This document shows, one piece after another, positions 16,126 to 24,686 of a stretch of 32,045 nt of DNA. Both the position numbers and the translations under genes were made by a program. This DNA comes from Ktedonobacteraceae bacterium (lineage in GTDB: Bacteria > Chloroflexota > Ktedonobacteria > Ktedonobacterales > Ktedonobacteraceae). The stretch is taken from positions 1 through 32,045 of the forward strand of contig DASTZT010000561.1 of assembly GCA_035764225.1 (NCBI GenBank), in the 5' to 3' direction. Under the pieces are notes generated by a model. That model saw only the letters and a program-made list of their open reading frames with translations. It had not been told where the DNA came from and did no database searches. Within the stretch, counting starts at the first letter, position 1, and each line of letters starts with the position of its first letter.

Positions 16126-16949
16126 CGCTCAATCGCCAGGGCAACGCCATCTTCTCGATTGCTGGCGGTGACAGCATGCGCCACGGCCTTAACTGCCTCA
16201 GGAGCCTGACCCATCGCGACGCCCCAACCAACGGCCTGGAGCATTTCCAGGTCATTATGGTTGTCGCCAATGGCCATAATTTGCGCCAGGGGAATGTCCA
16301 GCAGCTTCGCCAGCATAGTGACGCCGGTGGCTTTAGAGCAGCCCTGGTCGAGCACGGCCAGTTCTGCACAGCCATAATTGCCGCTCTTGACGGCATTCCA
16401 CGAGCAAGAAAGCCGGGAAATTTCGGGAATCAGGCCGTAAATGGCTTCTTCGGAGGCAAAGGCGACGACGCGCAACGGATCGGGCCAACCGGTGCAAAGC
16501 GTGGCATGCTCCATCCGGCGCAGATCGGGGAAGGCGGCAAAGTACATCTCCAGCCACTCATTATCAAACTGGGGATGCCCCGTCCAGGTTTCCTCGATAG
16601 TGTCGTTAATATGGTGAACAACGGGCTGGACATTGTGGCGGGCCATCAGCTCGACCGCCTGTTGCGCAATCTCGGCTTGCAGCAGATGGGTCGTGAGCAC
16701 CTTGCCATGTGGATGCTCCATAATCATCGCGCCATCGCAAAGAACCAGGGGAATATCGATCCCCAACTCGTCGGCAATGGGCAACGTATTGCGGTAGCGT
16801 CTCGCCGTCGCCAACGTGACGGTAATCCCTGCCTGTTGTGCAGCCCGGATGGCGGCCAATGTGCGCGGCGTAATCTGCTTGAGGGGATCAAGAAGGGTGC
16901 CATCAATATCGATGGCGACCAATTTTATTTGCTCAGATAATACTTGCAT
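16110..16949 (-). CDS. Cof-type HAD-IIB family hydrolase
   Basis: Motif I is AIDIDGTLL and motif IV is GDNHNDLEM. 279 aa. Its 3' end overlaps the phosphatase gene by 16 nt (convergent). Confidence 0.85.
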   Translation of the reverse strand: MQVLSEQIKLVAIDIDGTLLDPLKQITPRTLAAIRAAQQAGITVTLATARRYRNTLPIADELGIDIPLVLCDGAMIMEHPHGKVLTTHLLQAEIAQQAVELMARHNVQPVVHHINDTIEETWTGHPQFDNEWLEMYFAAFPDLRRMEHATLCTGWPDPLRVVAFASEEAIYGLIPEISRLSCSWNAVKSGNYGCAELAVLDQGCSKATGVTMLAKLLDIPLAQIMAIGDNHNDLEMLQAVGWGVAMGQAPEAVKAVAHAVTASNREDGVALAIERYALR

Positions 16950-17032
16950 TGATACCTGTAGTGACTAATGAACGCAATGACATTACGCCTAAGATATATA
17001 CTCAGCGATATAGTTATTATACGCAGTTGTGC

Positions 17033-17312
17033 AGGGCAAGCGCAAGGCCCCCGCCTCCGCCCAACCGCCGCCCCTTGCCCCTACCAACTCCACCATCCGT
17101 CCGATCCGATCATCGCGATTCGTATCAGCGCACCCCAAGAGGGCAAGCGCAAGGCCCCCGCCTCCGCCCAACCGCCGCCCCTGGCCCCTACCAGCGTCCG
17201 TCCCGCCATTACGATTCCCGTTCAGATTTTTTGTGGGAGATGCGAGATCGTGGGGAAATGGTAGGGGCAAGGGGTGGTGGCTGAGATGGGAGGGGGCCTC
17301 GCGCTTGCCCTC
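17033..17312. repeat. GC-rich palindromic repeat element, copy 1 (two direct 54-bp arms plus one inverted arm)
   Basis: Arm 17033-17086 and arm 17140-17193 are 53/54 identical (AGGGCAAGCGCAAGGCCCCC...CCCCTTGCCCCTACCA). 17259-17312 is the inverted arm (TGGTAGGGGCAAGGGG...GGGGGCCTCGCGCTTGCCCTC). The conserved core ATGCGAGATCGTGGGGAA lies before the inverted arm. Confidence 0.85.
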
Positions 17313-17328
17313 TTTAGCTCAGTCGCCC

Positions 17329-18471
17329 TTAATTTGGATGAGACGAGGCGTGAAAGCGGTGTGGCGCGAAGGGCGCGATGATGGCTGGGGGTTGTCCGGT
17401 GGTGATGAGTTCGGCAATGGTGGCTGCTGTGATGCTGCTGAGAATGATCCCAACGCTATTATGGCCGGTAGCGATAGTGACGTTTTCCCAGCCGGGGGCC
17501 GAGCCGAGGATGGGGCGTGTGTCGGGGGTGCGAGGCCGTAACCCGGCCCAGGAACTATGGATCGAGCTGTGTTCGAGGGCTGGCAGCAAGCGCGTGGCGG
17601 CGCTATGTAACCAGTTGAGTCCTTCCTGCGTCACCTGATCGTCAAATCCTGCCTCCTCTTTCGTTGCGCCGATCAGGATCTGTTGTCCTCGCGGGGCAAG
17701 ATAGATAGCGTCCCCAAAAATCAGGTGTCGCAGTGGTGGCTCTGGCTGTGGTATGGTCAGGAGCTGCCCTTTGAGTGGACTTACTGGTAACGAGAGGTGC
17801 AACGGCTCGCTCCACTGAGCCGTCCATGCCCCGGCAGCAAGCACGAGATGCTGGCAAGACACTTGGCGGTGATCTGAGAGGTGGATGCCTCGCACCCGTT
17901 CCTGCTGATGATCGACGGCGATCACTTCCTGTCCACAGCAGAACTGAGCGCCGAGCTGTTGAGCGGCCTGATACCACGCGTTGGTAAGCTGTGCCGCATT
18001 GATTTGTGATTCTTGAGGGGCATAAATGGCGGCACAGACCTCCTCAGAGAGCGAGGGTTCCAGTTGGCGAGCCTCTTGACCGTTCAGCCAGTGCAGCTCT
18101 AAGCCCAATGGCTGCCAGGCTGCAATGCGTTTTTTGAGGCGAGCGAGACGCTTAGGGTGGCGGATGGTGCGCAAGGCTCCCAGACGCTCATAGCCGAGTT
18201 GCAGTCCGGTCGCATCCTCCAGTTCTGGCACGAGGGTGGCTAACTGAGCAAAGCCGGTTAGCAACAGATCGGCGAATGGGCCTGGACCAGAAAGCGGTCC
18301 AAGAGGGGCAAGCAATCCAGCGGCAGCTCCTGACGCTTGAGCACCAATGGCTCCCTTCTCAAAGACCATCACCTCTACGCCACGTTTGCGCAGAAAATAG
18401 GCGAGAGCGCAGCCAATAATGCCTCCACCAATAATCGCGACCTCTGTTCCTTGTTGTATCGGTATGTTCAT
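17329..18471 (-). CDS. thiO: FAD-dependent oxidoreductase of the DAO family, glycine oxidase ThiO-like
   Basis: 380 aa with the N-terminal dinucleotide fold VAIIGGGIIGCALAYFLRKRG..V.VFEK. Length and C-terminus are typical of ThiO. No other thi genes are nearby, so the specific function is tentative. Confidence 0.7.
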   Translation of the reverse strand: MNIPIQQGTEVAIIGGGIIGCALAYFLRKRGVEVMVFEKGAIGAQASGAAAGLLAPLGPLSGPGPFADLLLTGFAQLATLVPELEDATGLQLGYERLGALRTIRHPKRLARLKKRIAAWQPLGLELHWLNGQEARQLEPSLSEEVCAAIYAPQESQINAAQLTNAWYQAAQQLGAQFCCGQEVIAVDHQQERVRGIHLSDHRQVSCQHLVLAAGAWTAQWSEPLHLSLPVSPLKGQLLTIPQPEPPLRHLIFGDAIYLAPRGQQILIGATKEEAGFDDQVTQEGLNWLHSAATRLLPALEHSSIHSSWAGLRPRTPDTRPILGSAPGWENVTIATGHNSVGIILSSITAATIAELITTGQPPAIIAPFAPHRFHASSHPN

Positions 18472-18572
18472 AGATCAGATTCTCTATCCCTGTTGTATGC
18501 TATTATCGCATACTTTCAGTCTTGCATCACACCCTTATCATTCACCTATGAGACGTTTTCTCTTTCTGGCAA

Positions 18573-18759
18573 GAGGGCAAGCGCAAGGCCCCCACATCCG
18601 CGCCAGCCCGCCCCCTTGCCCCTACCAACCCCACCGTTCGTGCTACCATCGCCCAGCCCGTTCCATGATGATTTTTTATAGGGGGAATGCGAGATCGTGG
18701 GGAACCGGTAGGGGCAAGGGGCGGTGTGGGGCCTGGGAGGGGGCCTCGCGCTTGCCCTC
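18573..18759. repeat. GC-rich palindromic repeat element, copy 2 (one arm plus inverted arm)
   Basis: The left arm 18574-18627 shares its first 20 and last 16 nt exactly with the copy-1 arms. The same core ATGCGAGATCGTGGGGAA is present. The inverted arm ends GGGGGCCTCGCGCTTGCCCTC at 18759. Confidence 0.85.
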
Positions 18760-18831
18760 GTGGCTGTAATGCCATGCTGACGTGTTGCGGCCTTATAGAC
18801 AAGTACATGCTACCCTGATACAATTGGAGTT

Positions 18832-20283
18832 ATGAGTATGCGGGAAGAGCGTTCCAAAGACGGTTGCGCACAACGTCTACCCCTGGAGCAGCCGTGCGCT
18901 GAGCCAACGGTGCAATCAAGTATGCGCCAGCATTGGAAGGATGCGGCGGGCTTCCCTCTGTTACCGGATGAGCAGCCAGTTGGTACGGTGCGTGATAGCC
19001 TCTATGATCTTATTCCTCTGGGGCCGCGCGAGGAGAAGTTGATTGGCACTGCCGAGTTTCTGCGTCTCCAGCAGATTAAGCAGCTTGGCTTTGTGTATCG
19101 CATCTGGCCTGGAGCAACCCATACGCGCTATGAGCACAGTCTTGGTTGTTACCATCTGACAGTGCGGGCCTTGCGTGCGCTATTGCAACGTGGCGAAGAT
19201 GGGGGGCTTGATGGCGTCTCGGTCAGCAGCATTCAGACGGCAATTGTGGCGGCGCTGCTGCACGATATTGGGCATTATCCCTTTTCGCACACGATTGAGG
19301 AACTGGGGCAGCCGATCATTCCACACGAGCGGGTTGGGCGTTCGATCATTGAAAATAGTCAGATTGCCGCGATTCTAGAGCAGGACTATCATCTCTCGCC
19401 TGAACGGGTGGCCGATTTCATTGATCCGCCTAAAGCCAGGGCAAGGAATGCGGACGATGAGCTATTGAGCCATTTGCTGAGTGGCGCGCTGGATGTAGAT
19501 AAGCTTGACTACCTGCCGCGCGATGCCAGGGCTTGCAATGTGCCTTATGGCGGCGTTGATGTATCTCGGCTGTTGGGTGCTCTGCGTGTGCATGAGAATG
19601 TGCATGGACAGCGCCGCATTGTAGTGACGCATAAGGGAATCAGCCCACTGCACTCGTTGCTGCATGCGCGACAGGAGATGTTTGATAATATTTACTGGCA
19701 CCATACCAGCCGGGCTTTTCAGGTGATGCTGGTACGGGCGGTGCATGATGCCATTGCGCGGGATGCGTTGCGCGTTGATCAATTGATGGGGCTGAATGAT
19801 GCCTCGCTGCTGGCCCTGCTGACGCAGCAAGAGATGCCCGCCAGTTCACAGGCGTTGGGGAGAGATATCGAACTGCGTCGCCCTTATAAAGGCGTGCTGG
19901 AAGTGAGCCGTCTGGCTGGTCGCCTCTTCAGTCGCCTGGATGCCCTCTTTTGGGACGGAGAGCGACGGCATCGCATTGAGCAGCAACTTGCGGCTGAACT
20001 GGCGGCGAGCCTTGAGACGGAGATTGCGGATTACGAGGTGCTTTTTGACATTCCACGCCCAGAAAGATGGGAGATGGATGTATGGATCTCGTTTGCCCAT
20101 CCGCCCGCAGGTATGGAGCCGTTGATGACGTGGGTTGAGGTGACGGGGCTGCAATCGGATGATCTTGCCCGTTATGAGCAGCACCAGCGCCGTATCCGTG
20201 TGGTTGTGGCCGAGCGATTACGCCCGTTGTTGCTAGTACATAGGGACGACCTGTTGCTGCCTGCACTGGAAAAGCTGGTCTAG
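18832..20283 (+). CDS. HD-domain phosphohydrolase (COG1078 / SAMHD1-dGTPase-like)
   Basis: Motifs THTRYEHSLG, LLHDIGHYPFSH and DKLDYLPRDA. ATG 18832 or 18838 follows GGAG. Confidence 0.8.
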   Translation: MSMREERSKDGCAQRLPLEQPCAEPTVQSSMRQHWKDAAGFPLLPDEQPVGTVRDSLYDLIPLGPREEKLIGTAEFLRLQQIKQLGFVYRIWPGATHTRYEHSLGCYHLTVRALRALLQRGEDGGLDGVSVSSIQTAIVAALLHDIGHYPFSHTIEELGQPIIPHERVGRSIIENSQIAAILEQDYHLSPERVADFIDPPKARARNADDELLSHLLSGALDVDKLDYLPRDARACNVPYGGVDVSRLLGALRVHENVHGQRRIVVTHKGISPLHSLLHARQEMFDNIYWHHTSRAFQVMLVRAVHDAIARDALRVDQLMGLNDASLLALLTQQEMPASSQALGRDIELRRPYKGVLEVSRLAGRLFSRLDALFWDGERRHRIEQQLAAELAASLETEIADYEVLFDIPRPERWEMDVWISFAHPPAGMEPLMTWVEVTGLQSDDLARYEQHQRRIRVVVAERLRPLLLVHRDDLLLPALEKLV

Positions 20284-20288
20284 AGCGA

Positions 20289-21410
20289 TCACGTTTTCTT
20301 CTTTTCTTTGCGCTGATACATCAATTTCACGGCTTTCTCATGAATGCGATGAGCGGGTGAGTAGCCTTGATCGATCCGTAGAGCTTTCTCGGCGATGGCC
20401 GTTGCCTCGCGATAGCGTCCCAGGCGGTAGAGGGTATCGGCCTTGAGCGTCCAGGTGCGCACACTGGAAGGGTCCAGGGCTAGCAGCTGGTCAAGCGCCT
20501 CGTTGGCCTCTTCAAATTGCCCCAGTCCACGATGGCCACGCATGTAGTTATCCCAGGCAAAAGGATTTTTCGGCGTCAGCGTCGTGAGCTGTCGTGCGTA
20601 TTCTGTCAGGAGTTCGTACATTTCCAGGGCGCGTGATGTCTGTATGCCCTGGATCAGCGACGTAACGTTGGTGGAGTTGATGCTCAACCCATGTTGGATG
20701 ACAGGGAGAGCTTCCTGTAAACGTCCCAGTTTGCAGAGGATCTCCCCTTTCATTTGCAAGGAAAAGATACCGTTTGGGTCGTGTGTCAGGCTCTGATTGA
20801 ATGCTTCTAACGCTTCTAGCAAGCGCCCAAAGTTGAGCAGCGCCACGCCTTTATTGGCCCAGGAACGGGGATCGTTGGGGGCCAATTCAACAGCACGCTG
20901 GGCGTTACGCAAGGCCTCCGGGAACTTCTGCTGTAGGAGTTGGAGGCCGCTGCGGTTGATCCAGGCCAGGCCAAGCGTGTTGTCAAGCAGAAGGGCTTGG
21001 TCGTTGGCGATGGTGGCCTCGGAGAGGCGCTCCAGCTTTTGCAAGGCGCGCGCTTTATATGCCAATCCCTGTGCCGAGTTGGGGCTGATCTCAAGGATGC
21101 TTTGTGCTGTACTGAGCAGGTCGTCGTGACGATTGAGGGCGTCGTATGCCTGGGCAAGGCCCTGCAAGGCTGCTTCATCATGGGTATTATGGGAAAGCAG
21201 CTCCTGAAAAATTTGTTCTGCCTGGGACCAGCGTTGTCCTGCCAGATATTTGTCTGCCTGTTGCAGCATCTTCTCCAGCTCTGCTGGCGATTGTGTACTC
21301 ACGGCTATTGCTTCCTCGGTTGATAGAGGGGTGATTGATGATCCCTCGTCCTGATTATGTTCCGTATCCGATTCCACTCTTGTTCTCTCCTGTTCTGTTT
21401 GAGTCCTCAT
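20289..21410 (-). CDS. TPR-repeat protein with an acidic N-terminal region
   Basis: Roughly nine 34-aa repeats with the A/L/G/Y/P spacing of TPRs (for example WANKGVALLNFGRLLEALEAFNQSLTHDPN). The start is uncertain: ATG 21410 is chosen here, and the track gives TTG 21488. Confidence 0.7.
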   Translation of the reverse strand: MRTQTEQERTRVESDTEHNQDEGSSITPLSTEEAIAVSTQSPAELEKMLQQADKYLAGQRWSQAEQIFQELLSHNTHDEAALQGLAQAYDALNRHDDLLSTAQSILEISPNSAQGLAYKARALQKLERLSEATIANDQALLLDNTLGLAWINRSGLQLLQQKFPEALRNAQRAVELAPNDPRSWANKGVALLNFGRLLEALEAFNQSLTHDPNGIFSLQMKGEILCKLGRLQEALPVIQHGLSINSTNVTSLIQGIQTSRALEMYELLTEYARQLTTLTPKNPFAWDNYMRGHRGLGQFEEANEALDQLLALDPSSVRTWTLKADTLYRLGRYREATAIAEKALRIDQGYSPAHRIHEKAVKLMYQRKEKKKT

Positions 21411-21492
21411 TATCTCATTATCGTTTCGTCTGGGCAAGCCCCACCAGAGAAAATCAAGCCTGGGTCTGGGTAATTGGTTTCCATACAAACTC

Positions 21493-21522
21493 TTTACAAA
21501 TCCCTCAAAATTTTCTTATGAT
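21493..21522 (+). promoter_or_regulatory. Possible sigma-70 promoter upstream of the HtrA gene
   Basis: TTTACA (21493-21498), 18-nt spacer, TATGAT (21517-21522), in an AT-rich divergent intergenic region. Confidence 0.3.
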
Positions 21523-21680
21523 ACTTCGATACAGTATAAAATAAGTAAAAGTTATTAGCTGTTGTCGATGATGGCGCTCCCATCTTAAGAAGATATACAA
21601 TTGTAAGAGATGGAGCGTTTAGAACGTGTAATAGACAAAGTAAGACTTCTGAAGATGGAAACATTGGAGGTTTAGGAACG

Positions 21681-22925
21681 ATGCTTCAGCCAGATGTAAA
21701 TAATCAAAATATCAATAGTCAGCCGGATGAGCCAACGCAGAAATATCCAGGTCAGCTGGCCGGAACGTATCCGTACCATACGATGCAGCCGCCTCCAGCA
21801 AGGGGTGGAGGGCTACGTACGGGAGCTATTCTCCTGCTTACCCTGGTGATTGTCCTGGTCTTCGGCGTTGGGCTGTTTGCAGGCTGGCAGTTTGGGCAAA
21901 GGGGAGCGGTTCCAACACTTAATGGAAACACTGGGGGTGGGTTGCAGTCTGGGCCGAGCACGCAGGCGACGGTTCCTCCTTTGACCGGGAATAACGTCGA
22001 AGCTGTACGCGAAGCGGTGATTGCGAAGGTGAAACCGGCGGTTGTGCAGGTCAATGTTGATACGGGTCGTGGAGCGGCTATCGGCTCCGGTGTGATTGTT
22101 GATAAACGTGGCTATATCGTCACGAATAACCATGTGGTCAGTGGTGCGCAAAATATCCAGGTGGTGCTTTCTGATGGAACCAAGCTTACGGCCCAGCTCA
22201 CAGGAACCGATCCTGCTGATGATCTGGCGGTGGTGAAAATCACGCCACCTGCTAATATGGCGGTAGCCGCGCTAGGGGACTCATCGCAGCTACGGGTAGG
22301 GCAGGATGTGCTGGCGATTGGTAATCCGTTAGGGATCACGCAAACCGTCACCAATGGTATTATCAGTGCGCTGGGACGCCCTGTAGACGAGCCAGGAGGG
22401 GCCAGAATCCCTGATGCTATTCAAACCGATGCGCCGATCAATCCAGGTAATAGCGGTGGTGCGCTGGTGGATATGCAGGGCAATTTGATCGGCATACCGA
22501 CGTTGACGGCCATTGATCCTGAATTTAATACACCAGCCAGCGGCGTTGGTTTTGCGATCCCCGCTAATCGCGTTAAGTTGATCGTGCCGCAAATCATCAA
22601 TACGGGGAAAGTGGCGCATACAGGACGTGCCGCAATGGGTGTGAGCGTCACAACCGTTGATTCGGTCCTGGCAGCTCAGGATAACCTGGCGGTCGATCAT
22701 GGTGTATTGATTGCTGATGTTGTCAACGGGGGAGCGGCGGCAAAAGCTGGTTTGCAGGCGGGTGATGTGATCGTTCAGATTGATAACACTGCTATCGATA
22801 ATGTGTCTTCCCTCACCGATGTCCTGGCGACCAAGAATCCTGGCGATACCGTCAGCGTCAAAGTGTATCGTGGCAATCAACAGCTCACGGTTAATGTGAC
22901 GCTGGGAGAGTTGCAGGCTGGCTAA
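21681..22925 (+). CDS. htrA: HtrA/DegP-family (S1C) serine protease with an N-terminal TM anchor and one PDZ domain
   Basis: Catalytic triad contexts are TNNHVV, DDLAVVKI and GNSGGALV. PDZ region is GVLIADVVNGGAAAKAGLQAGDVIVQIDN. GGAGG RBS. Confidence 0.9.
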   Translation: MLQPDVNNQNINSQPDEPTQKYPGQLAGTYPYHTMQPPPARGGGLRTGAILLLTLVIVLVFGVGLFAGWQFGQRGAVPTLNGNTGGGLQSGPSTQATVPPLTGNNVEAVREAVIAKVKPAVVQVNVDTGRGAAIGSGVIVDKRGYIVTNNHVVSGAQNIQVVLSDGTKLTAQLTGTDPADDLAVVKITPPANMAVAALGDSSQLRVGQDVLAIGNPLGITQTVTNGIISALGRPVDEPGGARIPDAIQTDAPINPGNSGGALVDMQGNLIGIPTLTAIDPEFNTPASGVGFAIPANRVKLIVPQIINTGKVAHTGRAAMGVSVTTVDSVLAAQDNLAVDHGVLIADVVNGGAAAKAGLQAGDVIVQIDNTAIDNVSSLTDVLATKNPGDTVSVKVYRGNQQLTVNVTLGELQAG

Positions 22926-22938
22926 GAAAAAAAAGGAA

Positions 22939-22978
22939 AGCGGGCGACGTGTCAGATAGTACGTCACCCGCTTTTTTA
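22939..22978. terminator. Bidirectional rho-independent terminator between convergent genes
   Basis: AGCGGGCGACGT (22939-22950) pairs with ACGTCACCCGCT (22961-22972) with one mismatch. It is flanked by an A-run upstream and a T-run downstream. Confidence 0.8.
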
Positions 22979-23743
22979 TTGCTTGATTAACTGAGCAGCC
23001 TCTTTTGTGACTGTCGCTAATTTGGGCGTGCTGCTGCGACGGTTTGCCAGCAGCACGCCAGCAAAGAGCACAATCCATCCAATACTCATAATTAGCCAGA
23101 AGGTATTCTGTATGCCCAGAAGACGCGCAAGCGTGCCTGCTACCGCGTTCAGGATGGCTCCGGTCAGAATCAGAATATTGGCCCAGAGTACGTTGCTGGT
23201 GCGCATATCGCCTACGTTGGCCTGACGACGCAGCAATTTCCAGCCCGAATACAGCGCAACTCCCACAACCGCTACCACGCCCGCCGTGTTGAGGATGATC
23301 GTCATTGCCAACCATGCTCCTGGCTGTAGCGTGCCCGTGCCAGGTGTGCCCGCGATCTGGCTCAGCTTGGCCATGTCGATATTCGCCAGGAAAATGAGAA
23401 CGGCTGCCAGCACGCTCAAGACGCTAAGAACACTGACGCTAATACGCGTGACGCGGGGGCTGCTGACCAGGGCGATGCTGCCCAGACCGAGCCATGAGGG
23501 CATCAGCGCCCCGCCCAGGATGTAGTAGAGGCGGAATAGGAGTGTCCCTGCGCTGCTCGTCGGCTCTACTACGATCATGAAGATGTAGGCGATGGTGGCG
23601 AGAAAAGCCATCGTGAGCGCAATCGACCAGTAGAGCTGGTAGATGCGATGGCGCGTCAGGTACTGTCGCAAAATAACGCCTGCGAATAGTCCCGTGACGA
23701 TCACATTGATGATCGGGGGAACCAACAGAACTGGATTGTTCAT
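22976..23743 (-). CDS. Hypothetical polytopic membrane protein (255 aa, about 7-8 TM)
   Basis: Continuous hydrophobic segments. No family recognised. The antisense 328-aa track ORF is rejected. Confidence 0.6.
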   Translation of the reverse strand: MNNPVLLVPPIINVIVTGLFAGVILRQYLTRHRIYQLYWSIALTMAFLATIAYIFMIVVEPTSSAGTLLFRLYYILGGALMPSWLGLGSIALVSSPRVTRISVSVLSVLSVLAAVLIFLANIDMAKLSQIAGTPGTGTLQPGAWLAMTIILNTAGVVAVVGVALYSGWKLLRRQANVGDMRTSNVLWANILILTGAILNAVAGTLARLLGIQNTFWLIMSIGWIVLFAGVLLANRRSSTPKLATVTKEAAQLIKQ

Positions 23744-23904
23744 GCTTTCTTTCCTATCTCTATAATGAGCAAAATATGCAGAAAATTATAGGCTACAGTA
23801 AAAAATATACAAAATACTGAAGTGAGATTGCAATGGGATGAGGGAAGTACCACCTGTATAAAAGGCGACTCTATGCATGGGCTGGTTGAGCCACCAGAAA
23901 AATT

Positions 23905-24618
23905 TCAAGCGGTTTGATGTTCTCTCCCTAAAAAATCCAATACTGCATGAACGAACTCTTGCTGTTTGAGAAACAAAAAGATATGACCACCGTTAAACGT
24001 GATCAATTTGGAATCGGGGATCAGGTTGTGCATTTCTTCCGCTAATGGGTAGGGGGTCGTTTTGTCTTTCTTGCCATGCAGGATGAGCGTTGGAACGTGT
24101 AATTCAGCTAATCTCGTTGTGCAATTGTAGGAGGAAGATGCCTCGCGCTGCCTCTCAAAGGCGTAATGCGGTTGGGGATATCGGCCCCTGATGGGTATCC
24201 TTGATAGGGTAGCGAAAAGAAGGCGGCGCTGCCAGGTTTGGATTGTCCTTGCGGCGGTGGAGACGAGCACCAGCTTTTTGACCATTTCCGGGTGTTCAAG
24301 CGTCAGCTCAAGGGCAATCCGGCCTCCCATAGAGACGCCGATGATGTTGGCCTGTTTGATGCCAATTGCCTGCATAAGTCCGGCGGTGTCAGCAGCCATC
24401 ATTGCTATCGAGTAGGGAATATCGGGCTTGTCGGTTCTCCCTACGCCACGATTATCAAACGCGATGACCTTGTAGTGTTGCGCGAGATTGGCGGCGATGC
24501 TGGTGCGGTCCGTGTAGGCGGCGCTGTCGTTCGCCAGCCCACCAATGAGCACGAGCGGCTCTCCTTCGCCGTGAATTTCGTAATAGATCTGGATATCGTT
24601 GACCTGTGCTGTCGGCAT
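23905..24618 (-). CDS. Alpha/beta-fold hydrolase
   Basis: Nucleophile elbow GVSMGG, HG-like oxyanion region LVLIGG, and a C-terminal His (NGGHIFLF). GAGGAA RBS. Confidence 0.8.
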   Translation of the reverse strand: MPTAQVNDIQIYYEIHGEGEPLVLIGGLANDSAAYTDRTSIAANLAQHYKVIAFDNRGVGRTDKPDIPYSIAMMAADTAGLMQAIGIKQANIIGVSMGGRIALELTLEHPEMVKKLVLVSTAARTIQTWQRRLLFATLSRIPIRGRYPQPHYAFERQREASSSYNCTTRLAELHVPTLILHGKKDKTTPYPLAEEMHNLIPDSKLITFNGGHIFLFLKQQEFVHAVLDFLGREHQTA

Positions 24619-24686
24619 AGTGTTCCTCGCTATACTACAAATAGATATGTATCTGTGATCTGTATCAAAGAATAGATAAAGCAGAT

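Noticed and set aside
17033-17312. CRISPR-like array, considered because of the two near-identical 54-bp direct repeats.
   Set aside because: There are only two direct copies. The third copy is inverted. The repeats are longer than typical CRISPR repeats, and there is no regular repeat-spacer periodicity and no cas genes.
16949-17541. Track ORFs of 93-170 aa across repeat copy 1 (and 18337-18823 across copy 2), encoding Pro/Arg/Ala/Gly-rich proteins.
   Set aside because: They are open on both strands only because of the GC-rich palindromic repeats. They have low-complexity translations, no RBS, and overlap the well-supported thiO-like gene.
18472-18572. Possible TPP (THI-box) riboswitch in the leader of the ThiO-like gene. 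The minus strand shows GGGTG, CTGAAA, GATAATAGC, ACAGGGA and ATCTGATC.
   Set aside because: The pieces are in the wrong order and spacing for the THI-box. CUGAGA is CUGAAA, and the ACCC...AACCUGAUC...GGAUAAUGCC...AGGGA series is not reproduced. GTATGC-GATAATA-GCATAC is just a simple 6-bp hairpin. An Rfam/Infernal scan (RF00059) would settle it.
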